Positions 49,163 to 58,822 of a DNA stretch of 64,000 nt are shown one piece after another; positions within the stretch are counted from its first letter, which is position 1; each line of letters opens with the position of its first letter. Made by a program: the position numbers and the translations under genes. The stretch is from a virus (taxonomy: Duplodnaviria > Caudoviricetes). The stretch covers positions 60,195 through 124,194 of the IMG/VR virus record IMGVR_UViG_3300021431_000087; one strand, written 5' to 3'. The notes beneath the pieces were generated by a model. The model was not told where the DNA came from and searched no databases. It worked only from the letters and a program-made list of their open reading frames with translations.

Positions 49163-49320
49163 TTCATATTTCTTTTGCCTCTATGACCCTGGAGGCGCGG
49201 TTCTAAGGGTTTTCTTGCAATCTTGCGATACAAAGGTACGAAAAAAGTATTTATCCTCAAAATATCTTATCATTCTTTAGCAGAAAAGACACAAAGTTTA
49301 TCTTTCATTATCTGAGAACC

Positions 49321-51408
49321 TTAAAAAGGCGCATCATCATAGCTCGTGGATGCGAACGGCATGCCGTCCTCATCATCGTACCCGATGGTGCCTTCCACGG
49401 AGAGGGCATCCTCGTTCCAGTTATAGATAATGCTCTCCGCCATGTCGTTCTTCAGCCTGTTACTCTCCTCCTCGAACCACAGCTTCACGAGAGAGCCCAT
49501 CAGCGTTCCCTTGGCGCGGAACTTGGCGATCTCTATGACGTTCGTGCAGCCGCTTGCTATCACGTCCTCATATTCAAACTTGTCGAGGAAATCTGGGGCG
49601 CTCGTCCTGAAATCATTGTTCACACGGGACATGATGAAGATATTGTCCGCCTTGTTCCCTATATCTCCCGAACCGCTGATGTTGTCGATGCGGATGTAAC
49701 CGATGGACTTGTGCGGATGGGCGACGAGGTGGATATGGATGTTCAGTTCCTTCGCAAGGTCTTCGAGTCTCTGCAGCAGCACCGCCTGCCTATCGTACTT
49801 GTTTTCCTCGAGCATACGGATGTCGAGCACCATGAGGTTGTCAAGGAGTACCGTGTCGATGTTCTCCTCCCGGACGAGATTGCGTATCTGTTCCTCTATC
49901 TGCGTGAAGTTGTCCCCGTACCTGTTGTTGAAGAGCCAGAGATAACGGTCTATCCACTTGTCGATCTTCCCTGCCACCGCATCATCCGTTACGAAATAGT
50001 CCGTTCCTGAAAACCTGTGGTTATACCGTTTCCCCGCCGCCTGCAAGTAGAGCCACTGCTTCACCATGTCGCCCGTCAGCTCACCCGTCCACAGGGCACT
50101 CTTGAAACCTTTCTGCGCAGCGTTGAGGATGAGCATGTTCAGCAGGCTCGATTTCCCGCAACCCCTCTTGCCCGTCCATACCGACACCATGCCACGCTTG
50201 AAACCAAGTCCTCGGCGGTCTATCACCGTTATTCCCGAGTCGATGAAGTCTCCCTTGGAGAACGGCTGGCGGCGTATCTCGGACATCTTCAGCCACACCT
50301 TTCCCTTCTCCTCCGTCTGCACGATGGGCTGCGGCCTCTGATCCGCCGTCTCCTCATGCATTTGGGGCTGCCTGCGGTACTCCCCATGTGGTCTGTCCTC
50401 CCAGTCATATGCATCCGGCTCGAAGAGCAGCCGCACGTCACGCCACGTCTTCCCCGAGCAGGTGTTGTGCAGGCAGATGAAACCTATCGCACCGTTGTCC
50501 CGTTGGAAGATGCATGCATCCTTGTGCTTGTGCTGGTCATTGAAAGGGCAGTGGTCGAGAATGTATTTCGTTCCTCCGGATACCCTCTCCGTCCTGTAGC
50601 CTATGCCATGTCTGTTGAGGAACTCCTCGAGGTCGAAGCGCCCCGCATTGTTTCCGCCCCGCCGCTCCTGCCTCGGCTCGTCCTCGGGATACATGGCGGC
50701 GACCTTCCTGAAATACGCAATGTCCGTCAGCCTTATCTCATCTGGCACACGGACTATCTCCGACTGCCGCCACGGACGGTCGGGAGTGTTCTCGCCCTTC
50801 CTTGCCGTCACGCCGTAGAGCTTGCAGATGCGGGATGCATTGAAGACCTTCTCATCAATATCCACATGATTGTCGGAGAAAAGGAGTGCAAGCACCTGAA
50901 GGAACTTCTTCACCACTGCCGTGGTCTCCTCGTTGACCGCAATCCTGCACGGTATCACCACATGGTATCCGTTGCCGCTCCTGCAGATTATCGGCTCGTT
51001 GAACCCCTGTTCGAGGAGAAAGCGGAATACCTCGACCGCCTTGCGGTGGGCGTGCTCGAGCTCCTCGTTGCTTGCGCTCACCCCCGCCGGGCGCTTCGGG
51101 TCGAGGTCTACCAGGACGTGCGTCCTTTCCACGATGTCCACGTCACCCGTCGTCGGCTCTCTCGTCACGAGAATCATCTTGTCTTTCTGCGCCCTTCCGT
51201 AGCAGGCCTCGTTGATACGGTTGAGCGTGAAGTATATCTGTGCGTGCGGGCTGCTGTCAAAGGGCAGGATGGCGCTTATTATGCGCTCCACGTCCGTAAA
51301 GTATCCGCTCCAGTTGCGTTTCCCGTCAAGGATGCGTATCTCGGTCAGGTGATCTCCCTCCTCCTTGAACACCTGCCACCACCTCCGTATGGTCTCTTGG
51401 TCTATCAT
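49321..51408 (-). CDS. Primase-helicase (AEP-like N-terminus, Zn ribbon, SF4 helicase)
   Basis: VDLD, SGNGYH, CPF..H..C.H..C, GKRGCGKS, LLDNLM, LVAHP, ISGSGDI. Confidence 0.88.
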   Translation of the reverse strand: MIDQETIRRWWQVFKEEGDHLTEIRILDGKRNWSGYFTDVERIISAILPFDSSPHAQIYFTLNRINEACYGRAQKDKMILVTREPTTGDVDIVERTHVLVDLDPKRPAGVSASNEELEHAHRKAVEVFRFLLEQGFNEPIICRSGNGYHVVIPCRIAVNEETTAVVKKFLQVLALLFSDNHVDIDEKVFNASRICKLYGVTARKGENTPDRPWRQSEIVRVPDEIRLTDIAYFRKVAAMYPEDEPRQERRGGNNAGRFDLEEFLNRHGIGYRTERVSGGTKYILDHCPFNDQHKHKDACIFQRDNGAIGFICLHNTCSGKTWRDVRLLFEPDAYDWEDRPHGEYRRQPQMHEETADQRPQPIVQTEEKGKVWLKMSEIRRQPFSKGDFIDSGITVIDRRGLGFKRGMVSVWTGKRGCGKSSLLNMLILNAAQKGFKSALWTGELTGDMVKQWLYLQAAGKRYNHRFSGTDYFVTDDAVAGKIDKWIDRYLWLFNNRYGDNFTQIEEQIRNLVREENIDTVLLDNLMVLDIRMLEENKYDRQAVLLQRLEDLAKELNIHIHLVAHPHKSIGYIRIDNISGSGDIGNKADNIFIMSRVNNDFRTSAPDFLDKFEYEDVIASGCTNVIEIAKFRAKGTLMGSLVKLWFEEESNRLKNDMAESIIYNWNEDALSVEGTIGYDDEDGMPFASTSYDDAPF

Positions 51409-52160
51409 GATTTTCTCCCGTATTTGTATGCCATGCCGTCGACGAGGGAAAGTGCCTCATGCATCTCATAGGCATCCTGCGCCCAGTCGTCAAACAGACA
51501 TATTGATCCGTTTTCTATTCCATCACGTATGGCGTCCTGCTCATCCGCGAATCTGTCCGCCTCTTCCAACGTGTCAAAACGAATACCGTAGGCGTAAGAA
51601 TACTTAGCCTCTCCCTTCGTGCAATCTCTTAGGCTCTTTCCTTCAAAGACTACGGCTTTTGTCATCTTTTTCAGTCTGTCTACAGTCCTCACCCCATATT
51701 TCTTCTGCATTTCCTCAACGCTGAGGTTAGAGGTGAGGATAAGCAGGATGCCGTTCCTTTCAGCGAAATCGACTATCTCGTTGAAGATGTGCCTGTGTTC
51801 ACCATACACGACAGCCTCTCCCTCTACGCCGAAATCATCTATTATGATTATCTCGTGCTTCTTTACTTCGTCAATCTTTCTCGACATTTCATAGGCTGAT
51901 ACGCAAATATAGTCCCATTTCCATTCATCGAACATGGCCGTGATTATTTGAGTGCAGATGACGGTCTTTCCCAATCCGAAATCACCGACGCACAGAAGTC
52001 CTTTACCTCCGTTATCTGTAAGCCAATCCACTATTTCATCATAGCATTGCAGCCATGTGTATCTGCCAACATAAAAACTCATTCCTTCATCAATGAGTTC
52101 TTTCCCCCATGCATTGTTTATGCGTTTTGGAGTCTTTTTCTCTTTGAAAGTGTACATCAT
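51405..52160 (-). CDS. DnaC/IstB-like ATPase
   Basis: GDFGLGKT, IIIDDFGVE, LTSNLS, YGVRTVDRL, GKSLR. Confidence 0.85.
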   Translation of the reverse strand: MMYTFKEKKTPKRINNAWGKELIDEGMSFYVGRYTWLQCYDEIVDWLTDNGGKGLLCVGDFGLGKTVICTQIITAMFDEWKWDYICVSAYEMSRKIDEVKKHEIIIIDDFGVEGEAVVYGEHRHIFNEIVDFAERNGILLILTSNLSVEEMQKKYGVRTVDRLKKMTKAVVFEGKSLRDCTKGEAKYSYAYGIRFDTLEEADRFADEQDAIRDGIENGSICLFDDWAQDAYEMHEALSLVDGMAYKYGRKS

Positions 52161-53134
52161 GTAAAAAATGTTTTTTTATTCTTGAATTTGTTTTCGTCGT
52201 ATTCGGTAATGATACGCCCGACCTCCATGTTCGGCGAATTGCTTCTCCTTCCGCTTGCCGCCGCTACGATTTCGTTGTATTGGGAGTTTATCATTCCTAC
52301 TTTCATATGGTCTAAAAGCCATTGGTTTCTTATGCTTCCAAGAAGTGCTTTCAGTGCGTTCAGCATATCGTCATCTTCACATGGCATCCCACGCTGGCTC
52401 CTTGAAAAGCGTATCTTTTGCAGGAGCTGTTCCATTTGCTTTCCGTCAGCAGCCGTCCAGTAGTACTTGTCATTCGGGTTTATTTTCTCTTGATAAAATG
52501 CTTCAAAAACATCACGGGCTTTCCCGACAAGTGTCTTTTCTTTCTTAAAACCCGCTTTGCGGGAAATATATCTTTTTTCTTTCTTTTTTACAATATAATT
52601 ATTATTTATATTATCAATATTATTATTAATATTATCATAATATAACACGCGTGTGAGTGCGTCACAAGTTGCGTCACAAGTTGCGTCACAAGTTGCGTCG
52701 CAAGTACCACCTAACTGTTTGCTATTCAATCGTTTAGTTGCGTCACAAGTTGCGTCACAAGTTGCGTCACAAGTTGCGTCGCATCTTTTCTCTTCCGTCA
52801 TAACGTCCTCAGTATCAGCGAGATGCTTCATCGTTATCACGGTCATCCGCTTATATGAAGTCCAAACGATATAATCGTTTTCCACAAGTTGAAAAAGAAA
52901 CCTTCGGACTGATGCCTCAGACCAAAGAAATGCATCGGCTAACTCACGCAAGGAAGTGACGATTTGACCCTTCTTGCATGGTACTTTGAAAACAACATCA
53001 TCTGCCTTTGCGTAACGGACGTTGTACGCAAGGTACAAGAAAGCCTCCACCTTGCTAAACCTATGCCTTTCGGAAGCCAAGCTCTCTAACACCCCACGAG
53101 GTATAGCAACATAACCCTTCTTTTCTTTTGCCAT
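52157..53134 (-). CDS. Phage replication initiator protein
   Basis: GYVAIPR, KGQIVTSLRELADAFLWS HTH; internal iterons; next to DnaC-like gene. Confidence 0.8.
   Translation of the reverse strand: MAKEKKGYVAIPRGVLESLASERHRFSKVEAFLYLAYNVRYAKADDVVFKVPCKKGQIVTSLRELADAFLWSEASVRRFLFQLVENDYIVWTSYKRMTVITMKHLADTEDVMTEEKRCDATCDATCDATCDATKRLNSKQLGGTCDATCDATCDATCDALTRVLYYDNINNNIDNINNNYIVKKKEKRYISRKAGFKKEKTLVGKARDVFEAFYQEKINPNDKYYWTAADGKQMEQLLQKIRFSRSQRGMPCEDDDMLNALKALLGSIRNQWLLDHMKVGMINSQYNEIVAAASGRRSNSPNMEVGRIITEYDENKFKNKKTFFT
52658..52784. repeat. Eight 12-bp iterons (TGCGTCACAAGT) in two blocks of four; probable origin of replication
   Basis: Blocks 52658-52705 and 52739-52784, adjacent to a very AT-rich tract at about 52565-52645. 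Confidence 0.85.
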
Positions 53135-53170
53135 ATATGCACTCTCAATAACCGCACCATTGTTTGCAAA

Positions 53171-53289
53171 TGTATGGGAAGGGCGGTGCATTTACCCTTG
53201 TCGGTGGGCTGCAAACTCCACCTATCCCATACAAGTTAAAAGAGAAAAAGTGAATTCCCTTTCACGTTCTCCCCGTGGGTGCAAAGATA
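53171..53289 (-). promoter_or_regulatory. Promoter and structured leader of the initiator gene
   Basis: TATCTTTG 53282-53289; TGTATGGGA/TCCCATACA stem enclosing two hairpins. Confidence 0.55.
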
Positions 53290-53428
53290 AAACCAATATG
53301 CGAAATATGCAAGACACAAAGTGCTAAAATGAATTAAATGTCATATATTGCATATCCACGCATACTAAAATATATAAATTCTTATATTTTGATAAAAGCT
53401 TGCGTCTTTTGAAAATATATTCGTACTT

Positions 53429-53887
53429 TTGTATCGGATAATCGATAAAGAAAATATGGAGAAGACAATAAACCACTATTCCTACACGAACGCGGCAGGC
53501 ATGCCTATAAGCATCCGTACAGAGAAATATGGAGTTTGCGGATTTGACGTATTCGTGACTGTCGAGAAACTCGGACTAAGGAACGCAAGAGCAATCCTGT
53601 TCAAGAACTTAAGAGGCGAATGGCTTATAGCACTCGGCGAGGTCAACGGAAGGAACACAATGATAAGACCTGCCGACGACATCCTAAAGGCAATGCTCGC
53701 AGACAGGAATACCCCGACGGAAGAACGCAGGAGATATGACGACGCAGAACGTGAGCGAAAGAGGAAGGAGCGTGCGTTCGACAACCTCTACAACGAAGGG
53801 GCGGAAGGCTACAACCCATACCGCCGCAACAAGCAGGGCATCAAGGACAATACCCCCATCTACAAGGAAGACGACGAAGAAGACTGA
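53429..53887 (+). CDS. Hypothetical protein with own promoter
   Basis: TACTTTTG 53424-53431; probable start MEKTINH; FDNLYNEGAEGYNPY. Confidence 0.65.
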   Translation: MYRIIDKENMEKTINHYSYTNAAGMPISIRTEKYGVCGFDVFVTVEKLGLRNARAILFKNLRGEWLIALGEVNGRNTMIRPADDILKAMLADRNTPTEERRRYDDAERERKRKERAFDNLYNEGAEGYNPYRRNKQGIKDNTPIYKEDDEED

Positions 53888-53911
53888 GAAAACCAAGGGA
53901 AAGACATCGGC

Positions 53912-54358
53912 TCACCCTTGGGATAACGCTTCTACATGCCTCTCGATAGAACGTATCGCCTTCAGCACCATCGTCATCTCACATCTCGGTCTTATGAGGA
54001 CGCCATTCACGATGAGCCCTACGTACCAAAGAAGGCGGAACGCCATCGCTATCTCCTCGCAGTAGCACGATGCGATGTCCTCACAGTCAAAGCCGCAAGG
54101 ATGGGCGGGCAGCGTAACGACCGTCTTCCTCGACAGCCTTATGCCATTCCTCAAGTAATCACGCAGGTACCAAAGAGCCTTGTTGCAGTCCTCGATTTCC
54201 TTTTCACGAAGGGTAAGCCCCTGCTCGCCCTTAAGACCTGCACGCGATATATATTTCATGGCATTCGCTATATCACATGTGTAGTAGCGAATTATATCAA
54301 TTATTTCTATACCATTTTTCAGCTGATAATAAGATGGATGTTCTACTCTATTGCTCAT
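53912..54358 (-). CDS. DUF3310 (SaV-like) protein
   Basis: VEHPSYY..GIEIIDI..NAMKYISRAGLK..EDCNKALWYL. Confidence 0.85.
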   Translation of the reverse strand: MSNRVEHPSYYQLKNGIEIIDIIRYYTCDIANAMKYISRAGLKGEQGLTLREKEIEDCNKALWYLRDYLRNGIRLSRKTVVTLPAHPCGFDCEDIASCYCEEIAMAFRLLWYVGLIVNGVLIRPRCEMTMVLKAIRSIERHVEALSQG

Positions 54359-55043
54359 ATCTCTTTTTACTGTAAAAATAGACTCCTTTTATACATTTTC
54401 CACTATCCAAATATCCTCCTTGTGTAATACGGCTATGGCTGATTGAGTAGTGCATTTCAGCATCACGCATCGACTTAAAACAACCTATCAGTTTTTGTTC
54501 TGCGTCGTAAGCATATATTACTTTACCTACTCCGTGTTGTATATTTTCTTTCATGGAACACCACTCTAAATTCCACACACAATTATTCTGTCGGTTGTGG
54601 TCTTTATGGTTGACAGTGTCATAATTCTCGGGGTTGTCGATAAAAGCTGATGCAACCAGCCTGTGAACGTAAAAAAGTGTATTTTTGCCGTTCAAGACAA
54701 ACATTACGGTCATATAACCATTCTTAGACTTAACCTGTTCCCTAATCAGAAGAGTTGCCTTGTTTCTGATTCTTCCGAAAGAACTGACCTCATAGTTGGC
54801 ATGTTCTGCGCAGTCACGCCATTGTTCTTCCACGTTTCCAAAAAGGGTTCTGCCTTCTCTTAATCCAGCATAAAGTCCTTTTCTCTTCTGACGATGGCGT
54901 GATTTACACTCCTTGCACCGTTCTTGCAGTCCGTCCCACTTGACCATGTTTTTGTTGAAGTTGTCCAACGGTAGCCAGCGTTTGCACCGCCCGCACCATT
55001 TATACTCTTTGCCGTCAATATCCTTGTGGTCTATTCGTTGCAT
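54348..55043 (-). CDS. Zn-finger NUMOD4-HNH homing endonuclease
   Basis: CGRC..CKEC; YEVSSFGRIR; VHRLVA; VNHKD..NN..NLEW. Confidence 0.88.
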   Translation of the reverse strand: MQRIDHKDIDGKEYKWCGRCKRWLPLDNFNKNMVKWDGLQERCKECKSRHRQKRKGLYAGLREGRTLFGNVEEQWRDCAEHANYEVSSFGRIRNKATLLIREQVKSKNGYMTVMFVLNGKNTLFYVHRLVASAFIDNPENYDTVNHKDHNRQNNCVWNLEWCSMKENIQHGVGKVIYAYDAEQKLIGCFKSMRDAEMHYSISHSRITQGGYLDSGKCIKGVYFYSKKRYEQ

Positions 55044-55116
55044 ATCTGTATTTCTTTCTATTGATTACTAAACCCCAGAACTGGGATGCTGAACCGTTTC
55101 CTTTCTTCCTCCCATA

Positions 55117-55812
55117 CTATTCATCTTTCTTTATCGCAAATCCGTCCTTTATACAGTTTTCCTCGAACCTTTTGCTGCGCTGCGTCTCGTCATCATAAAA
55201 GATGGTATATCTGTCCCTTGTCCCCTCGGAGCAGTCTTCCGCAAGGAGATACCCCCTGTTAAGGGCACTGTGCCTGTGCTGCGTCTGGCTTCTCGTGAAT
55301 GGTTTCATGACTACAGCCTTCAGGTTCGTCTTCCTCTTCAGTCCATATATGACACGCAGCTTCTCCATGTGGATCATCTCCTTTCTTTGGATGCTCCTCA
55401 AACGCATGTTCTCCTTGTATCTCTCAAAGTCCGTGCGCCTTAGCTGCGCCATCGCCGATTCGCCCTCTCCTTTATGGAATCTCTCCCACCGCCTGCGCAC
55501 GCCATCAAGGGTAGCCTCGCTCACGGGATGCCCCCGTTTCCTCTCATAGCATCCGTTCCTTTCATTCGTCCTTGCCGCCACCCTGCCCCTGCGCCTGTTG
55601 ATGGCCTTCATCCCTTCCTCGCTCTTGGAAGACACGCCAAGCCGCCTTGCATGGCTGCGGACGGCATAGATGCTGATACCCATCGCCTTCGCCAGACGGG
55701 CATTCTCCGTCACTGGAAACCATCTCTTCAGCCAGCGCTCCTGTTCCTCACTGAGCAAGACCTCGCTGCCGTTCCTGCCGCCGCGTAGAATTTGTCCCGG
55801 AAACCTTCTCAT
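55117..55812 (-). CDS. Basic HTH-containing protein
   Basis: NARLAKAMGISIYAVRSHARRLG. Confidence 0.65.
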   Translation of the reverse strand: MRRFPGQILRGGRNGSEVLLSEEQERWLKRWFPVTENARLAKAMGISIYAVRSHARRLGVSSKSEEGMKAINRRRGRVAARTNERNGCYERKRGHPVSEATLDGVRRRWERFHKGEGESAMAQLRRTDFERYKENMRLRSIQRKEMIHMEKLRVIYGLKRKTNLKAVVMKPFTRSQTQHRHSALNRGYLLAEDCSEGTRDRYTIFYDDETQRSKRFEENCIKDGFAIKKDE

Positions 55813-56372
55813 ATCCTAACCTTTATCCCTTTCTCCTTACTCAGCCTTCTTGCCTCTGCGGTATAATGTCTTATCATTTCACGCAGCTCGTCTCCGCTCC
55901 ATTTCCTTGCACCGTGAGCGCGAGCGCAGAGGTCGTCATAAGCCTTCTCTCCTATTTTCTGTTTCAAATGCGCCGTGTAGCCCTCGAGATGGTTGGCATC
56001 GGAGCAGTTGCAGACGGAACACTCGGAGGAACAGTTTTGCTCGTCCCACCTCGTAGCCATGTTCGACCGCCCGAAGTAATGCCCGCACTGCATCATCTCA
56101 AAGGGTAGCACCCGTCCGCATGAGATGCACCTCGTCCTGCCGCCGTCCATGGCATCCCTAAGCCTTATGTAGACCGAAAAGACTATGTCAAGATGCGTTT
56201 CAAGGCTGCTCTTGGTGCTTTTCCTTGCCTTTTTTGCCCTTTCCTTCGCTCCTGACGGCGTTTTGCATCCATGCTCGGGCGATTGCTCGGTCGGAGCGGT
56301 TTTAAAGCCGTAGGAGCGCTTAAAGACGCCCCTCTTCAATGGAGTCTTCCTCTTTAACGTACTGTATGCCAT
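55809..56372 (-). CDS. ninG: NinG/Rap recombination endonuclease
   Basis: FSVYIRLRD..CISCG..CGHY..RWDEQN..CSVCN. Confidence 0.85.
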   Translation of the reverse strand: MAYSTLKRKTPLKRGVFKRSYGFKTAPTEQSPEHGCKTPSGAKERAKKARKSTKSSLETHLDIVFSVYIRLRDAMDGGRTRCISCGRVLPFEMMQCGHYFGRSNMATRWDEQNCSSECSVCNCSDANHLEGYTAHLKQKIGEKAYDDLCARAHGARKWSGDELREMIRHYTAEARRLSKEKGIKVRI

Positions 56373-56374
56373 CC

Positions 56375-56590
56375 CTACAGCCTCCTTGATATACGCCCCT
56401 TCGTCATGTCGTAAGGGGAAAGTTCAACACGTACCCTGTCACCTGTAAGGATACGGATATGGTTAAGCCGCACCCGTCCGCTCGGATAGGCTATTATCTC
56501 TACGCCGTTATCGAGCTCTACCCGAAAACGGTCGCTGCCGAGGGTTTCCGTAACCCTGCCGACGCTCTCTATTGCTTTCTTGCCAGCCAT
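56375..56590 (-). CDS. infA: Translation initiation factor IF-1
   Basis: [46 protein letters not shown]. Confidence 0.92.
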   Translation of the reverse strand: MAGKKAIESVGRVTETLGSDRFRVELDNGVEIIAYPSGRVRLNHIRILTGDRVRVELSPYDMTKGRISRRL

Positions 56591-56603
56591 GTCTTTTCTA
56601 TGG

Positions 56604-57029
56604 TTAAACATTTTCCGTTGCACTATAGACCAAACGGACATCAATCCCTTTGAGGTAGTGCATCATCTTAAAACGCAGCTCCGCATCACGGGTCACGACG
56701 GCCTTGCTGCCCTTCACGTCCTCAACGACCTCCATACCATCCTTCTCATAGACGAAATCCGCCGTATATGACACACCGACATAGGAACGGCGGCGCACAA
56801 CCTTATCCTTCGTCTTAAGATGAACGACCACATCCCTGTACTCATCGGGGAAAAGCTCGTAGCAAACCTGCCTGCGCAGGTTATGGATAACGCCGCTCCG
56901 CTCCATGCCGCAAAGGAATATATACCTGTCGCGCTCCTTCACCGATGCAAAGCGTATGCCCTTGTAGACACAGCTCTCCGCATGATACTTGTTGCCGCGG
57001 CTCTTCCTTACAAGAGGAAACATATTCAT
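56604..57029 (-). CDS. DUF1064 (PD-(D/E)XK) protein
   Basis: [27 protein letters not shown]. Confidence 0.88.
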   Translation of the reverse strand: MNMFPLVRKSRGNKYHAESCVYKGIRFASVKERDRYIFLCGMERSGVIHNLRRQVCYELFPDEYRDVVVHLKTKDKVVRRRSYVGVSYTADFVYEKDGMEVVEDVKGSKAVVTRDAELRFKMMHYLKGIDVRLVYSATENV

Positions 57030-57604
57030 TGCTCTCTGTATTTCTCCATGTTACGTCCCCAAGAGGGGTTATCCTTCTTCCTGCGAACAAGCGAAGCCGC
57101 CTTGTTGCATATCATCCTGTACATATCGTCGCAGGTGTCAGGCCATGCGAAATCCTTCATGTAGCCAGAGTTTTCCTGGAAATACTTCAACTTTTCCTTC
57201 GCCATGGCAAGAACCTGACGGATGTCGTTGAACATCTCGAAATGCGTGTCCTTGTCATACTTGTGGATGATATCATCGATGTCCATCACCGATGTCTCTA
57301 TTATATCTGAGCACATAAAGAGTACCACGCCAAGCGTCATTATCCTTTCCTTCTCCTCCGAAGGTATATCAAACTTATCAATATTTATGTTTTCCACCTG
57401 CGACTCTGCCTCTTTCATATAGCTGAAGACGACATCAGAGAACAGACGCTCTATACTCTGCCCAACGGAAAGCGCCTCACGGAAGTTCCCGCTCCTCTGC
57501 AGCACACCCTGCTGCACGCGCAGCCGCTGTATCTGCGGGTCATTGTCAAACTGACTGCGAATCTTGCACATCAAGTCCGCAGGAATATCCCTCACGTCCA
57601 TCAT
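57026..57604 (-). CDS. Hypothetical protein
   Basis: 192-aa coupled ORF. Confidence 0.65.
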   Translation of the reverse strand: MMDVRDIPADLMCKIRSQFDNDPQIQRLRVQQGVLQRSGNFREALSVGQSIERLFSDVVFSYMKEAESQVENINIDKFDIPSEEKERIMTLGVVLFMCSDIIETSVMDIDDIIHKYDKDTHFEMFNDIRQVLAMAKEKLKYFQENSGYMKDFAWPDTCDDMYRMICNKAASLVRRKKDNPSWGRNMEKYREQ

Positions 57605-58074
57605 ACGCCCGTATGGCCGAAGCCACCCCCCCTGTCATTAGACATATCAAGAGAACTCACCTGCTCGAGCTCCGTCTCGGGAACGTCCACGATGCGCATT
57701 TGCGCGATGCGGGTGCCTTCGGGTATGACGAAGGTGGCGCTGCTGCGGACGTTCACCTTAAGGATAACACCGACGCGACCCCTATAATCCTCATCAACGA
57801 GACCTATCTCCACGTCCGCATCGAGCCGGTACTTCTCGGCCTTAATCCCGTCATAGGAACGCAGCACCTCCACACCTTTGGAGGCGAAACCGCTGCGGGG
57901 CTGGATAATTGCTGCCTTGCCACTTGGCAACTCCATGCGGAAACCAAGGTCTATCACCTGACGACCGAAGAAAACCGTCACGTTATGCGGGCAGTACAAG
58001 TCATAGGCAGCAGCATACACACTGCCCTTCGAAGGCATCCTGCCACCTTCTAACAAAATCTTTATCTTTTCCAT
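57601..58074 (-). CDS. dut: Trimeric dUTPase
   Basis: AAYDL, PRSG, GLVDEDYRG, RIAQ, RGGGFGHTG. Confidence 0.92.
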   Translation of the reverse strand: MEKIKILLEGGRMPSKGSVYAAAYDLYCPHNVTVFFGRQVIDLGFRMELPSGKAAIIQPRSGFASKGVEVLRSYDGIKAEKYRLDADVEIGLVDEDYRGRVGVILKVNVRSSATFVIPEGTRIAQMRIVDVPETELEQVSSLDMSNDRGGGFGHTGV

Positions 58075-58078
58075 ATAA

Positions 58079-58450
58079 TTACTTGAATTTCATTGGTTTA
58101 AAGTCATCTATAACATAGCACTCCTCAAAATACACCTCAAGACCGATAGCCGTGGCGACATGAAGCTCCGTAAGGCAGCCCGCAGAATGCGTCCAACGGC
58201 TCATGAAATAAATGGCATCGCAAGAAAGGAGGTTCTCAAGGTCTGCCCTCATATGCTCATTCGTCGTCGCCGTGGAAGGGAGACCGTTGCACAAAGGGTT
58301 GAACACCTCAAAACCGACGGACTCAAGCAACAACTGCCGCTCGGAGAAGGCGGAACGGCGCTCAGAAAGGTCATAGCCGCTAATCGGGCCAGACAGATAA
58401 ATACGTTTTTTAATTTCTTCCATGGTCTTATTTACATTTAGAAAACTCAA
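58079..58450 (-). CDS. DUF4406 / nucleoside deoxyribosyltransferase-like protein
   Basis: IYLSGPISG..FNP..CDAIY..WTHSAGC..E. Confidence 0.85.
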   Translation of the reverse strand: MSFLNVNKTMEEIKKRIYLSGPISGYDLSERRSAFSERQLLLESVGFEVFNPLCNGLPSTATTNEHMRADLENLLSCDAIYFMSRWTHSAGCLTELHVATAIGLEVYFEECYVIDDFKPMKFK

Positions 58451-58537
58451 AATGAAAAAATAGTTTTCTTAGTCCGTTGCTTATGCCTCCATTTTCCGTT
58501 GATTCGGTTTAACGGCGGCATGGCAAAACACTAATAC

Positions 58538-58819
58538 TTAGTCATATATGGTATCTCCGTTTTTTACGTCTATTTCTTGTATTTCCATTTCTTTCCTTTC
58601 TATATTCTCCATCAATGTATTGACGAAGAACGTCTCGAGGCTTTTGCCGAAAATATCACGGTAGTCCTTTATCGCCTGCATCATATATCCTTGCCTTTCT
58701 TCCGTGCCCTTCTTTTGTTCAAGCCCCTTTAAGGTCTGCCTGAGCATATCCACCTCCTGTCTGAGTTGTCTTTCCTCGTTGCGGAGAAAGATAATCCTTT
58801 CTTGTATATCTTTTTCCAT
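58538..58819 (-). CDS. Coiled-coil hypothetical protein
   Basis: 93-aa ORF. Confidence 0.55.
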   Translation of the reverse strand: MEKDIQERIIFLRNEERQLRQEVDMLRQTLKGLEQKKGTEERQGYMMQAIKDYRDIFGKSLETFFVNTLMENIERKEMEIQEIDVKNGDTIYD

Positions 58820-58822
58820 GTT

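Noticed and set aside
50017-51471. 484-aa + strand ORF, and similar long antisense ORFs such as 26170-27015
   Set aside because: These are shadows of GC-rich genes with clear motifs on the opposite strand
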